58,612 bases of DNA from a virus. Lineage: Duplodnaviria; Heunggongvirae; Uroviricota; Caudoviricetes. Where the stretch lies: positions 64,001 through 122,612 of the IMG/VR virus record IMGVR_UViG_3300035670_000048; one strand, given 5' to 3'. A program made the translations under genes and the position numbers. Below the pieces are notes generated by a model that saw nothing but the letters and a program-made list of their open reading frames with translations, did no database searches and was not told the DNA's origin. This document shows positions 32,843 through 43,486 of this stretch, one piece after another (the stretch's first letter is position 1; each line of letters begins with the position of its first letter).

Positions 32843-33337
32843 CTATTTATTATAATTTTTTAAGTATTCGTAGAATTCAATAGTAGTACCATCGAATTCA
32901 GCTGCTAATTCATGTATTAAATCTATACGAGACAATCTATCTGGGCCCAAATGTCTGAATTCATTGGCTAGTTCTCTAACTAAGTCATCCCATAATTTGG
33001 GTTCTTCCTTATCGAATGCATTCATTAATTTGTGATAGCGGTCGTATTGTTGTTTTTCAATTACTTCACGGCGATTTAGCCATGCTTCATGAGATGGATA
33101 TTTAGAGCGTTCAGTTTTTAAACGCTCATCTAATAGCCATAATTCATAGAATGCCTGCAATCGATAATCCGATACTTCAAAATCCCCGTTTTTAATACGT
33201 GTTTCTAATAAGTTATACTTATGCATTGGTTGACGCATTTGGAATCGTCTCCAATAATAGAATACGTTAAATTTCGCTGGTTGGAATTTGTTCTCCACTA
33301 AGCTCTGAATATTGCTCGGATAACGGGACTGTTGCAT
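32843..33337 (-). CDS. Hypothetical protein
   Basis: 164 aa ORF. Confidence 0.7.
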   Translation of the reverse strand: MQQSRYPSNIQSLVENKFQPAKFNVFYYWRRFQMRQPMHKYNLLETRIKNGDFEVSDYRLQAFYELWLLDERLKTERSKYPSHEAWLNRREVIEKQQYDRYHKLMNAFDKEEPKLWDDLVRELANEFRHLGPDRLSRIDLIHELAAEFDGTTIEFYEYLKNYNK

Positions 33338-33467
33338 TGTCTAATGTTGTTAAAACCTTTTCAGCGAGGGCAGTAACTGCTGCCTCTCGCTGGTCTTCCG
33401 GTAATTGATTTAGTGCCTCTACTTCACTTTTTAGAGTATATAGATCATTAAGTAATTCCTTTAACAT
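33267..33467 (-). CDS. Hypothetical helical protein
   Basis: 66 aa ORF. Confidence 0.6.
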   Translation of the reverse strand: MLKELLNDLYTLKSEVEALNQLPEDQREAAVTALAEKVLTTLDNATVPLSEQYSELSGEQIPTSEI

Positions 33468-33478
33468 AGTAAATTTAA

Positions 33479-34093
33479 TTAAGACATTTTATTTTTGTAT
33501 TTAAATTTATATCCTCTAACTTGAGTGATAGGAGTACCACTTCTATTTATGAAGTTATTCAATACATTCCATATCATTTCTTTTCTTACTCCTACAAATT
33601 CAGCTGCTTGTTGTTGATTGGGAAACTCTGTAATGTATTTTCCATCTAAATCATACATTAAAATAGGACAACGAGGAGCGTTTTTTATTTTTTCTTTAAA
33701 TTCATCTGTTGATTGCCATTTTACTCGTTTTTTCCCGAAATCAGCTGGTTTTGGTTTATTTTTTAAAGCAGATGATATTTTTTGTTTGGATTGGGAAGTG
33801 TGGGAACCAGGCCCACACCCTCCTCTATTATCATTAAGACCATTTATATTACTTTGGTAATAATTAATCCAGTATCTCTCTCGTTCTCGTAATAATTTAT
33901 TATCATTTATAACTTCTTCTATGACTTCAAATATATGATCTTCATGTTTATATTTATCTAATGATAATTTAAATGTAGAAGTTTTATTCATTCCCGATTT
34001 ACTTCTATAAGATTTCCATCTTAATTCTATATTCTTAGATAAACCGATATATATTTTACCTTCGGGATTTGTTATTTTATATATTCCAACCAT
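33479..34093 (-). mobile_element. Free-standing GIY-YIG homing endonuclease with NUMOD-type DNA-binding repeats
   Basis: VGIYKITNPEGKIYIG, RERYWI, HTSQSKQKISSALK, YDLDGKYITEF. Confidence 0.9.
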
Positions 34094-34130
34094 AATTTAT
34101 TATTTTATTCGATAATAAATATACGCTCGT

Positions 34131-35855
34131 TTAACTTTCGCAACTAACACAATCTGATAGACGATCTAAATTATCACCTCTTAATACTGATTCTGTACGT
34201 AAGTAATACAATGTTTTAACTCCGGATTTATGTGCTTCTTTATGTACTTCAGACATCCAACGTGGAGAATCATCTGGATCAAAACATAAATTCAATGATA
34301 CAGTTTGATCAACGTATTGCTGGCGAATACCAGCTTGGCGTACGATTTCTAACTGATTGATTTCTTTGAATGTTTTGAATATTTCTTTTTCTTCATCTGT
34401 TAGGATATGTTCTGCTAATCCATAAACCGATCCTTTATCTCTAGCGATTTGTTCCCATACTGATGGAATATTAAATCCTTTAGATTCAAGTAATGCTTCT
34501 AGTATTGCATTCTTTTTAATGAATACGCCTTTAGCGGTTTTTAGATTATAGATATTAGCTGGTAATGGCTCAATTGATGGAGAAACACCACCTGAAATGT
34601 GTGCGTTCGATACTGTAGGAGCAATTGCCATTCTGTGTGAATGTCTTACACCTGTACCTTTACACCATTCTGGCTCGCCATATTCCTTAGCCATATCTTG
34701 AGATGCTTTCAATGACTCAGAATTAATGAATGAGAATATTTCACGTGTATAAGCATTTGCTTGAATACCAACAAATGGAACACCTTTTGATTGCAGGAAT
34801 GTATGCCATCCTAAAGCACCAATACCAACTGCTCTACCTTTCATTGCTGAACGTACTGTGTTTTCCATTGATTTGATGTGTTTTGCTCTATCAATGAATT
34901 CTTGCAGCACACCTTCTAAGAACCACATTGTTAATTCTGGAACTGACATACCATTATCGAAACGATATTCTTTCCATTCATCATAACGAGCAAAATTTAA
35001 TGATGATAAGCAACAGATAAACGAGTGTAATGGATCTGTATATAATACAATTTCAGAACAAATATTTGTCATTGTAACTTCTAAGTTCAATTTCTTATAT
35101 CCTTCAGGATTTGCTTTATTTACATTATCTTTAAACATAATGTATGGCTCGCCTGTTTCTAAACGTGTACGTAAAATTTCACCCCATAATTTTAATGAAT
35201 GTGGATCGCGATCTTCTACTTTTTGCATAAATACATCATCAATAACAACGCAGTGGTGTGTATTTAAACATTGGCGATTAACGTCACCTTTTGGACGGCG
35301 CATCATTAAAAATTCTTCAATGTCTGGGTGATTAATATCTAAATTGAATGATGCAGCTCCACGACGTACTGATCCTTGATTTGTAGCTAGAATTGTTGAA
35401 TCATAAATCTTAGCCCAAGGAATAACACCTTCAGATACACCATTATCTTTAATAGCTTTACCTCTACCTCTAATACGAGATAGCGACATACCAACACCAC
35501 CACCTTGTGATGATAATTTCATCAATTCTGATTGTGATTCTGAGATACCATCTACTGAATCATCAACATCAATTCCGTAACATGAAATTGGCAATCCTCG
35601 CTCAGTGCCCATATTTGAGAGTACTGGCGATGCCAAACATAACCAGTTTTTCACCATTGCTTCCATGAAGAATGGTTGTAAATCTTTACGACGTAACCTA
35701 CGAGCTGATGCTTTAGATACGCGTTTAAACGCATCAAATACGTTTTCATCAGGTAGTAGATATCCTTTGGATATCATACTAATTCCAATATCATCTAACC
35801 ATTCGGGGTAATCTTTTCCTACCACCCATTTACGGGTATCCACTGTAATGCTCAT
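34131..35855 (-). CDS. nrdA: Ribonucleotide reductase class I alpha subunit
   Basis: GLPISC, GGGVG, RRGAA, TNICSEI, AIAPT, KTLYY, C-terminal CVSCES. Confidence 0.95.
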   Translation of the reverse strand: MSITVDTRKWVVGKDYPEWLDDIGISMISKGYLLPDENVFDAFKRVSKASARRLRRKDLQPFFMEAMVKNWLCLASPVLSNMGTERGLPISCYGIDVDDSVDGISESQSELMKLSSQGGGVGMSLSRIRGRGKAIKDNGVSEGVIPWAKIYDSTILATNQGSVRRGAASFNLDINHPDIEEFLMMRRPKGDVNRQCLNTHHCVVIDDVFMQKVEDRDPHSLKLWGEILRTRLETGEPYIMFKDNVNKANPEGYKKLNLEVTMTNICSEIVLYTDPLHSFICCLSSLNFARYDEWKEYRFDNGMSVPELTMWFLEGVLQEFIDRAKHIKSMENTVRSAMKGRAVGIGALGWHTFLQSKGVPFVGIQANAYTREIFSFINSESLKASQDMAKEYGEPEWCKGTGVRHSHRMAIAPTVSNAHISGGVSPSIEPLPANIYNLKTAKGVFIKKNAILEALLESKGFNIPSVWEQIARDKGSVYGLAEHILTDEEKEIFKTFKEINQLEIVRQAGIRQQYVDQTVSLNLCFDPDDSPRWMSEVHKEAHKSGVKTLYYLRTESVLRGDNLDRLSDCVSCES

Positions 35856-35874
35856 ATTTTATTATTTTTAAATT

Positions 35875-36822
35875 TTATAAATCAGACCAATCTGCTGTTG
35901 ACTTCGAATATGATGAAGGTCGTTGTGCAAAGAAATCTTGTTGTTCTACTCCTGATGTAATTTGACCAAACCAAGCAATTTCGTCTAATAAATTTTCATC
36001 AATTACATACACTGGCTTATAACCCAATTCTACCATTTTTTCATTTGCTCTAGCCCAAATGAAGTTCTTTAGTTGTTCCTTAGTTAAATTATCTAAGTTC
36101 CCCATCTCGAATACTTTGTCGATAAATGCAAATTCTAAATCAACAGATATTTGACAAGCTTCTGTAACCTTTAAACGTAAATCAATTGTATCTAGTTCAG
36201 GACGTTCCTTTAACAATTGAGTAAATAACCAACATCCTGCTTTCGAATGCAGTGATTCATCTCTAACACTCCACGCAACAATTTGTCCCATGCCTTTCAT
36301 CAAATTTCTCATTTGGAAAGACATCAAAATAGCAAATGATGAAAATAAATTAACACCTTCTGTAAATGCTGAAAATATAGCAAGTGATTGTGCAATTTCT
36401 TCCATTGTACCTGCGTTTACTTGTTGTAGACGCTCAATTTTATTTCTAGCTTCTTCATCATCCATAAATGCTTCAAAATCATCTAATCCTAATGATTCGT
36501 TTAGCAATGAATATGCTTCAGCATGAATTGATTCAAATGAACCAAATGTAACGGCCATTGATTGAATCTCTGGCTTTGGAAACCATTTAGATACATACGA
36601 TGACCAATAATCTTCAACGTGTGTTTCAGTCTGAGCAAATGATTTTAGGATTTGGCCGATCAAATTCTTTTCTGATTCGGTTAATTTCAATTTAAAATCA
36701 TTAACGTCAGCAGCTAATGTAACTTCTTCAGGTAGCCAATGCACGCGTTGTTGTGCTTTTAAGAATTCGTGTGCTTGAGTGTACTCGAATGGTTTGTAAT
36801 ATAAACGCTTATCAGTAATCAT
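35875..36822 (-). CDS. nrdB: Ribonucleotide reductase class I beta subunit
   Basis: HWLPEEV, ESIHAEAYS, EGVNLFSSF, RDESLH, DFFAQR. Confidence 0.95.
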   Translation of the reverse strand: MITDKRLYYKPFEYTQAHEFLKAQQRVHWLPEEVTLAADVNDFKLKLTESEKNLIGQILKSFAQTETHVEDYWSSYVSKWFPKPEIQSMAVTFGSFESIHAEAYSLLNESLGLDDFEAFMDDEEARNKIERLQQVNAGTMEEIAQSLAIFSAFTEGVNLFSSFAILMSFQMRNLMKGMGQIVAWSVRDESLHSKAGCWLFTQLLKERPELDTIDLRLKVTEACQISVDLEFAFIDKVFEMGNLDNLTKEQLKNFIWARANEKMVELGYKPVYVIDENLLDEIAWFGQITSGVEQQDFFAQRPSSYSKSTADWSDL

Positions 36823-36823
36823 A

Positions 36824-37084
36824 TTATTTAAACGAGTTAATAGTTGAAGTTAATAATGCTTGTGTAGTTCCGCCTACAATACGTTTTACCTCTTGGCCGT
36901 CTTTTTCAATAACGATTGTAGGTACGCCACGTACTTTGTATTGAATAGCTAATGATGATTCTGCGTCAACATCAACTTCTTGGAATGCTACATCAGATAC
37001 TTCTGACTTAACTTGTTCAAATATTGGTGCCAGCTGCTTGCAGGGCTGACACCAGCTTGCAGAGAATTTTGTTACTTTTATCAT
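36824..37084 (-). CDS. trxA: Thioredoxin
   Basis: FSASWCQPCK, VRGVPT. Confidence 0.93.
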   Translation of the reverse strand: MIKVTKFSASWCQPCKQLAPIFEQVKSEVSDVAFQEVDVDAESSLAIQYKVRGVPTIVIEKDGQEVKRIVGGTTQALLTSTINSFK

Positions 37085-37141
37085 AAATTTTATTTTAATT
37101 TTTTAAGGTGCAGATATAAATACAGTATATACTAACGATAA

Positions 37142-38533
37142 TTAAGAAGAAGTTGACAGCTCGAAAAACTTCTTTGCTAGATATTCTCTATCGTCTGGAT
37201 CAATATCTTGTTTAGTTCTTTGTTGCTGTTTTGGTGCACCATTCGACTCGTCTTCATCCTCGACATACTCTCCTGTAATACGAGTCACTCCAGTTGATCC
37301 TTCAAAATCACAATTGAATGTAATACCATCTGTACCGTAACGATTTTTAATAATGTGCCAACGAGAAGTATTATCTACTTTATCTTTTCGTAGACGAGAT
37401 GTAGAAATGATAATATCGCCAATCATAATTTTATCATATGATCCTGCTGCTTTATCTCCTTCAACTACTTTCTCGCCTGCACCTGAACGATTTACTTGTG
37501 ATGGCGATACAATTGGAATACCTAATTCCTTAGCTAATCCTTTAGCGTCTGTATAGATATCATCTAAATCATCTTTACGTTCGTTTCTAGCGCGTTGACG
37601 GTTCTTTAATAAATCTAGATAATCAATAAAGATAACATCTGGTTTAAAGTTATGTTGTGTCCACATTTGATCCAAATGGCGCTCAATATCATCTAATGAT
37701 GCGCGTTTTGGTGGGTATTCTTTAATGATTAATTTACCAGCTAATCCACGAGTTGCTTCCTCAATTTTAACACGATGTAATGGTAATTGATCAACTGGAA
37801 TTTTAAGTAAATTAGCATCAAAACGTTGTCCAACATATCCTTCACCTAATTCAAGTGAGTAATATACTACATTACCACCTAATTTAGCTGCCTCTAGCGC
37901 CATCGAAATTGCTGCCCATGACTTACCAGAACCAGGACCACCAAAGAATATAACTAAATCGCCCTTACCATAACCTCCTTGAGTAATTGAATTAATCTGT
38001 GGCCAAGGAGTAGGTATAACACGCCTATCATCTGGTCTGTAACGTGCTTCAACGTCTAATGCAAAATCGTGTCCAGTATTTTTTTCTTGTGCTGTGACGA
38101 TTGCTTTAGAAATCAATGTACGGATTGATTCATAGTCGCCATCGTTTAGTAAATCAACAGATGTCATAATTGCTTTCTTCATCTGTTGGTTTTGGCAGAA
38201 TTTTGAGAATTCCTGCTCGATGTATTCTTTATCGTGTGATTGATCCGCCATTTTATAGGCTTCTTTTAATTCCTCAATCACAGCAATCTTTAATACATCA
38301 TTATCTTCTTTTTTTACTTCGATCTGAAGTGCCTCCATTGTAGGAGTAGTGTGAAATTCGTCAAAGTACTTCTGTAGACGACTTACGATCCATTTTCTGG
38401 CTGTATTTTCGAAATACTCGTCTGTAACTGAATCTGATACGTCTACTAGAAATTTCCTATCCGTTAGAAGCAAACCTAGTACTTTGGTTTGGAACGAATT
38501 ACCGTATTTCTCTAAATTTTCTAATGAAGTCAA
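37142..38533 (-). CDS. Replicative DnaB-like helicase (T4 gp41-like), TTG start
   Basis: GGPGSGKS Walker A, SLELGE, IFIDYLDLL, SQVNRSG, KNRYG. Confidence 0.92.
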   Translation of the reverse strand: MTSLENLEKYGNSFQTKVLGLLLTDRKFLVDVSDSVTDEYFENTARKWIVSRLQKYFDEFHTTPTMEALQIEVKKEDNDVLKIAVIEELKEAYKMADQSHDKEYIEQEFSKFCQNQQMKKAIMTSVDLLNDGDYESIRTLISKAIVTAQEKNTGHDFALDVEARYRPDDRRVIPTPWPQINSITQGGYGKGDLVIFFGGPGSGKSWAAISMALEAAKLGGNVVYYSLELGEGYVGQRFDANLLKIPVDQLPLHRVKIEEATRGLAGKLIIKEYPPKRASLDDIERHLDQMWTQHNFKPDVIFIDYLDLLKNRQRARNERKDDLDDIYTDAKGLAKELGIPIVSPSQVNRSGAGEKVVEGDKAAGSYDKIMIGDIIISTSRLRKDKVDNTSRWHIIKNRYGTDGITFNCDFEGSTGVTRITGEYVEDEDESNGAPKQQQRTKQDIDPDDREYLAKKFFELSTSS

Positions 38534-38570
38534 CTTATATAACCTTTAAAATGTGATAATGTAAATATGA

Positions 38571-39326
38571 TTAGGAAATTTTAAATTTCCATATATAACC
38601 ATATGCTTGTTTTTTAATACCATTACAGCATTCTGATAATGCTGATGGTGGTTTATTTAATGATTTAGCAGCATCTGATATACTATTCCATTCTTTAATA
38701 AATGTATTATCTAATGTATACTGTGTGATAGGAGTAGATCTAGTTTCTATAATTTTATGTCTATTATTAGAAATGTTTTGATTCCATTCTTCACTTCGCT
38801 TTACTTTCTTCATAGCTTCAGAACGTTTTCTTTTATGTTCTTCAGTATGTGTCTTTCCTATTAAAGATTTACTAATTTTTTCTCTCCACTCATCATTATA
38901 CATCGAATGTCCTTTTCTATTATCTGACATTTTCTGTTTTGTTTCTTCTGATTTGGATTTACCTAGACTGGATTTACTGATTTTCTGTTTAGTATCCTCA
39001 GTACGACTTACTCCAGTAAGAAATACAGAATGTTCTAATTTGAGTCGTTCATACATTCTACTACTTATAACATAATGATTATTCTTATGTTTTCTTTTAC
39101 CTGTTGCCATCAGGAATAAAGCATATTTTAATTTTTCATTATGTGGGTATATTTCACATAATAATAAATGACACAGAAAATGCTCTCTTGCTGTTAATCT
39201 AACAATGTTATTTTTATCTTTTCCACCTAAACATTTTGGAAGGATATGGTGATTCTCTCCATACCCTTCTAATGTTCTGTTTTGGGCTCGTTCTACTATT
39301 TGGTTGTATATTTTATTATAATTCAT
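38571..39326 (-). mobile_element. Free-standing HNH homing endonuclease with NUMOD3 repeats
   Basis: ENHHILPKCLGG, LTAREHFLCH; repeats such as SEETKQKMS and HTEEHKRKRS. Confidence 0.9.
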
Positions 39327-39374
39327 ATCGACAATAAATATATGACAACACTAGATAAATTAAAATAATATTAT

Positions 39375-39614
39375 TTATTTTCCATATGTTTCATTATAAT
39401 AATCTTCTTCATCTCTGTGCTCTAAAATAGAATCAATTCCTTGTAGATAATCATTCATTATCTGCTCTTTCTCACATAATACTGCTACTTCTTCTCGTTC
39501 ACATAGGTGATCCAAAATGTTAGCATATGTATCATCACCAGAATCTCTCATAACCTTACTCATTGTCTTAAATTCTAAAAACAACGATTGCATTGCTGTT
39601 TGTTTCTTTTCCAT
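39375..39614 (-). CDS. Hypothetical protein
   Basis: Likely start MEKKQTAMQ at 39614. Confidence 0.65.
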   Translation of the reverse strand: MEKKQTAMQSLFLEFKTMSKVMRDSGDDTYANILDHLCEREEVAVLCEKEQIMNDYLQGIDSILEHRDEEDYYNETYGK

Positions 39615-39625
39615 ATTTGTAAATT

Positions 39626-40681
39626 TTATTGCTTCCAATCTAACGAAGAAAAATTTTCTATCAACCATGATTGCCAATTTACTCGCTCATTTAGTTGGTC
39701 ATTCTCCGTCATTTCAACGAAATTCCCTATGTTTAGGGATGGTGGCGCCATTTCAATTGTTGCGTCAATGATGCGCTTATCTTCGTTGCTTATATTTGGA
39801 TCTTTTAGTGACATTAATTGGTAGTTAATACCCAATTGGTGCTCAAACTGCAACACTTTAGTGTATAATGGATTTGTTGATTCATTATCACGTGCTTTTT
39901 TAAGCAAATCCTCAATCTCCAGTTGTTTTGGAAGTAACAATTCTGGAAATAATTTAATTAATTTTTTAGGGCCTAATCCTTGTACTCCAGGTACGTTATC
40001 TCCAGCATCACCCATCAATAATTTATAATTGATAAAGTTATGTGAATGGATTTGGTATTCTTCTAGTACGTCTTCTGGTCTATATGTTTTCTTTTTAGTT
40101 GGAGAATATATAGATGTTTTCTTAGATACTAATTGTAGGAAATCCTTATCAGCCGACATAATCGTTACTTCATCTACTTCAGAATCTGCTTCGAATTTCT
40201 GTACTAGATAACCCATTACATCATCGGCTTCAATTTTTGGAATCGAAATCATCGATACTGGTAGTTGAGTGCAGTATTCGATTAATCGTCCCATTTGATT
40301 AGCCATTGATTCGCTTTCCTCGTTTTTAGTATCGAATACTTTCCAATTGGTTACTTTTAAATTAGTACGGTTTGCTTTATAATCAGCATATAAGTACTTT
40401 TTATTAGTAGAATTGCCTTGTCCATCAAACACTAAAACAACCCTAGTCGGTTGGTATAGCTTAATAGCATAACCAACCGATTTAAGGAAGCCCACTAATC
40501 CACCAACGTGATGTCCATTAGGGTTTAAGTGCTGAATAATAGCAAATGAACGGAGGAATGTATTCATTGAGTCTACAATGAGTACTCTAGCGTTCTTTGA
40601 ATTATTTTTATCAGCGTTTAATTCTGATAATAACTTATTTAGAAAGTCTTTATCCATTGTTTTGTTCTTTAACTCGATCAA
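39626..40681 (-). CDS. 5'-3' exonuclease / flap endonuclease (T4 RNase H-like)
   Basis: LIVDSMN, VFDG, YKANR, EADD, SADKDF, GDAGDNVPGVQGLGPK. Start may be at 40657. Confidence 0.93.
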   Translation of the reverse strand: MIELKNKTMDKDFLNKLLSELNADKNNSKNARVLIVDSMNTFLRSFAIIQHLNPNGHHVGGLVGFLKSVGYAIKLYQPTRVVLVFDGQGNSTNKKYLYADYKANRTNLKVTNWKVFDTKNEESESMANQMGRLIEYCTQLPVSMISIPKIEADDVMGYLVQKFEADSEVDEVTIMSADKDFLQLVSKKTSIYSPTKKKTYRPEDVLEEYQIHSHNFINYKLLMGDAGDNVPGVQGLGPKKLIKLFPELLLPKQLEIEDLLKKARDNESTNPLYTKVLQFEHQLGINYQLMSLKDPNISNEDKRIIDATIEMAPPSLNIGNFVEMTENDQLNERVNWQSWLIENFSSLDWKQ

Positions 40682-41057
40682 TTAGTTCATTTATACAATC
40701 ATTCTCGATTTCCTCGTATGTTCCTCTGAATCTCATAAATGAATTATCTTCGTCTTTATAAAACTCTCCTACTAAATAATTACTTCCACCACTTAACATT
40801 CTTACGCCGCCTATCCAGTTATGATTTTCTCTAAACCATCTAAATACTTGTTGTTTAAGTGGTAATGGAATTGGTGTAATAGTTTTATCTATTGTACAAT
40901 CAGGATAGCCACAATGCAGATTATGTAATTGACATCCTCCAGGTCTTTCTTTCTCCATACATTTTTTAGTATGTTCAGATTTTATCAAACATCTTTCATC
41001 AAACCCTAATTCCTTTAAGGCTAATGCTTGCTCGTAGGTTACAAATTCAATATCCAT
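40650..41057 (-). CDS. Hypothetical protein
   Basis: EFVTYEQALALKELGFDE, PLKQQVFRWFRE; likely start at 41057. Confidence 0.7.
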   Translation of the reverse strand: MDIEFVTYEQALALKELGFDERCLIKSEHTKKCMEKERPGGCQLHNLHCGYPDCTIDKTITPIPLPLKQQVFRWFRENHNWIGGVRMLSGGSNYLVGEFYKDEDNSFMRFRGTYEEIENDCINELIDRVKEQNNG

Positions 41058-41058
41058 T

Positions 41059-42141
41059 TTATTCTGGTTCTTGATCAAACATTACTGATGTATCGATTCC
41101 GTCTTCGCCTGCTTCTTCTACAATATCGAAATCAGCTGTTCCCAAGATACGTAACCATTCTTCGGAGTGGTCTTTCTTGTAGTTGTCGATTGCCTTTTTA
41201 TCGTCATCAATAAAACCGTGTACTGTCATAATGACCGATCCTTTAGTTTGTACACCTGTAATGTGATTTTTATCCACTGCTACTTTAGTACGTTTAGCAA
41301 ATTCAACGTCCTTGCCGCCTTTAGTTGCTTTAATCTTATTAGTACCAGCATTTGTGATATTGCCGAATGTAACTACAACTGATGAATCAAAGAACATCGT
41401 GTTTCCACCTTTATTCTTCATTTTTGGTTGTTCCATCGGCATCGATGGTTTATCTACCCAAATCTTATTTACTGCCACTAACGTATTAGTGTATGGGTAA
41501 TTTTCTTTGCGTGATAATACAATCTTTTGATTGATAAAGTTACCAAAGGATTGAGACATAGCTCCAGCATTCCATTCATTGTTGTTCTTATTTGATTCAA
41601 CAGATAACTTACATGGAATCGATCCAACTGAATCCCATAGAAATAATAAATCGTATGGTAATCGATTCTGTGATTGCTCGTGTAGTAAGTCTGCAATAAA
41701 TGCTGCTACATCTTCAACTGTATTTAATGTACCTCTATCAATATAGATAAAATCACCCTCATAGTCGATTAATTCCCCTGTATTTTCATCCCATACTTCA
41801 TTTAATTTGAATCCCATCTGCTTGACGTGATCCCAATTCCATTTCATCTCGGTGATAATGAATACTGGTAATACACCTGCTTTCTGAGCTGCTACTGCAC
41901 ACTCTAGCATTGCGGTTGTTTTACCTGTATCGGAATGTCCTCGAAGTAAGGTAATATGGCCCATTGGAATACCTGGTAATGATAATACTTCATTAAACGC
42001 AGGAGATAGTGGTAGCCATTTCTGTGCTTTAAACTTTACTGACTGATCTAAAAACTTGGACTTCTTAAAAGAAGCCAAGTTAAATTTAGATTTGTCGCCT
42101 AGTACAGTTGATACTGTTTCCGAAACTGATTTTTTTGCCAT
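41059..42141 (-). CDS. RecA/UvsX-like recombinase
   Basis: GHSDTGKT Walker A, LWDSVGS, KGGNTMFFDSS. Confidence 0.88.
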   Translation of the reverse strand: MAKKSVSETVSTVLGDKSKFNLASFKKSKFLDQSVKFKAQKWLPLSPAFNEVLSLPGIPMGHITLLRGHSDTGKTTAMLECAVAAQKAGVLPVFIITEMKWNWDHVKQMGFKLNEVWDENTGELIDYEGDFIYIDRGTLNTVEDVAAFIADLLHEQSQNRLPYDLLFLWDSVGSIPCKLSVESNKNNNEWNAGAMSQSFGNFINQKIVLSRKENYPYTNTLVAVNKIWVDKPSMPMEQPKMKNKGGNTMFFDSSVVVTFGNITNAGTNKIKATKGGKDVEFAKRTKVAVDKNHITGVQTKGSVIMTVHGFIDDDKKAIDNYKKDHSEEWLRILGTADFDIVEEAGEDGIDTSVMFDQEPE

Positions 42142-42986
42142 TATTGAAATAATTCGTCGAATTTATCTGATGAGTTTGTATTCAAAGAGAACGCAGCACG
42201 TTCTTGTTCTGTTACTTGGTTTTCATTTACCCAATCTGATTGAGCAGCCGGAGCAGCAGGAGCAGCTTCAGTTGTAGTTGCTGTAGTTGTTGTTTGCTCT
42301 GCTTCAGCATCTGGATTTAGCCATTTAGCTAATAATTCTTTAATGTCGTTGTATTCGCGTTTGCGATTAATCGTCATAATATCTGGTTGTTCTTCTAACC
42401 ATTTATTTACTAGATTAGCATCATCAGAAATTGGAGATGATTTTGGACGAGGACGTAATGTACAGCTAACTACCTTACGGCCAGCTACTTCAGAATTTAC
42501 GGCATCGATTTTAAAATCGAATCCATCTTGGATATCAGTGAAATCACCGTAATCCTCATCAGCAGCAAATCCTAGTAATGATTTGTATACTTCCTTACCG
42601 AATTCCCATAAACGAACACCTAAATGTTCTTCACCACGAACGATAACAGGAACAAATACACGCATTTTTGGATCTAACTTCTTAGCTAATGCCCAGTTGT
42701 CGCGATCTTTTGATTGACGTAATTTTGCTGCAAATTCCATAATTGGATCTGCTTCACCCCAGTTGTTTAAAGCCAATACTGGTCCTTTAGCGAATCCATA
42801 GTGGAAATATACCTCGCGGAATGGGTTTTGTTTATTGAATTTTGATGGTACGATGCGAATCGTATGATTACCTACTTGAGGCTTCCAGAACACTTTCGTG
42901 TAGTCGATTTTTTCGTAAGTCTTACCTCCCGATTTCTGTGGAGCGTTAAGATTACCTAATTTTTGCTTTAACAAAGCTAAATCCAT
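42141..42986 (-). CDS. Single-stranded DNA-binding protein (T4 gp32-like)
   Basis: FWKP, IRIVP, HYGF, VRLWEFGK, acidic C-terminus DKFDELFQ. Confidence 0.88.
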   Translation of the reverse strand: MDLALLKQKLGNLNAPQKSGGKTYEKIDYTKVFWKPQVGNHTIRIVPSKFNKQNPFREVYFHYGFAKGPVLALNNWGEADPIMEFAAKLRQSKDRDNWALAKKLDPKMRVFVPVIVRGEEHLGVRLWEFGKEVYKSLLGFAADEDYGDFTDIQDGFDFKIDAVNSEVAGRKVVSCTLRPRPKSSPISDDANLVNKWLEEQPDIMTINRKREYNDIKELLAKWLNPDAEAEQTTTTATTTEAAPAAPAAQSDWVNENQVTEQERAAFSLNTNSSDKFDELFQ

Positions 42987-43040
42987 AATATAACTATTTA
43001 AGTTTTAAAAATTGTACTCGGTAAATGTAATTGAGAAATC

Positions 43041-43475
43041 CTACAGATTAATTATCTTGTGGATTTTAGTTTTGATGATATTTAAATCATTGCTTTGGAT
43101 CAACAATATTGAATTCTTGTAATCGATCCAGTTAATTCTGTAGTTGGTGTCTAATACACCATTGTTCAAAGACTTGATTAATGCATTTAGTGCATTTATT
43201 GTATATAACGTATTTGACTCTTTCTTACGATGCAGCAATATCGTATTAGGTAGCACGGATTGTTGCTCCATATTGAATGTATCGATATTATACGTGCAAA
43301 CATACTCTTCAGTAGACAACGATTCTAATACAAATATCTTAGAATATAAAATAGTGTATTTGGTCTGTAAAGTATTTAGAGTATTGTCTAATTCTTCAGG
43401 AGCCGTGAATGTACAGAATAGCTTATTCGCCATTAAAAACGTGCTGTTAAATAAATCGTAACTTAAGTCTGCCAT
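43041..43475 (-). CDS. Conserved hypothetical phage protein
   Basis: NKLFCTF, LHRKKESNTLYTINALN. Confidence 0.75.
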   Translation of the reverse strand: MADLSYDLFNSTFLMANKLFCTFTAPEELDNTLNTLQTKYTILYSKIFVLESLSTEEYVCTYNIDTFNMEQQSVLPNTILLHRKKESNTLYTINALNALIKSLNNGVLDTNYRINWIDYKNSILLIQSNDLNIIKTKIHKIINL

Positions 43476-43486
43476 AAATATATGAT

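Noticed and set aside
3265-37084. Inteins or group I introns in polB, thyA, nrdA and nrdB
   Set aside because: ORFs are continuous and of normal length, with no intein splice motifs. The extra thyA segment looks like a normal loop insertion.
2598-41078. Longer N-termini given in the track for ORFs ending at 3323, 16964, 22930, 39677 and 41078
   Set aside because: The extensions overlap upstream genes or tRNAs; internal ATGs at 3260, 16856, 22903, 39614 and 41057 fit the gene packing better.
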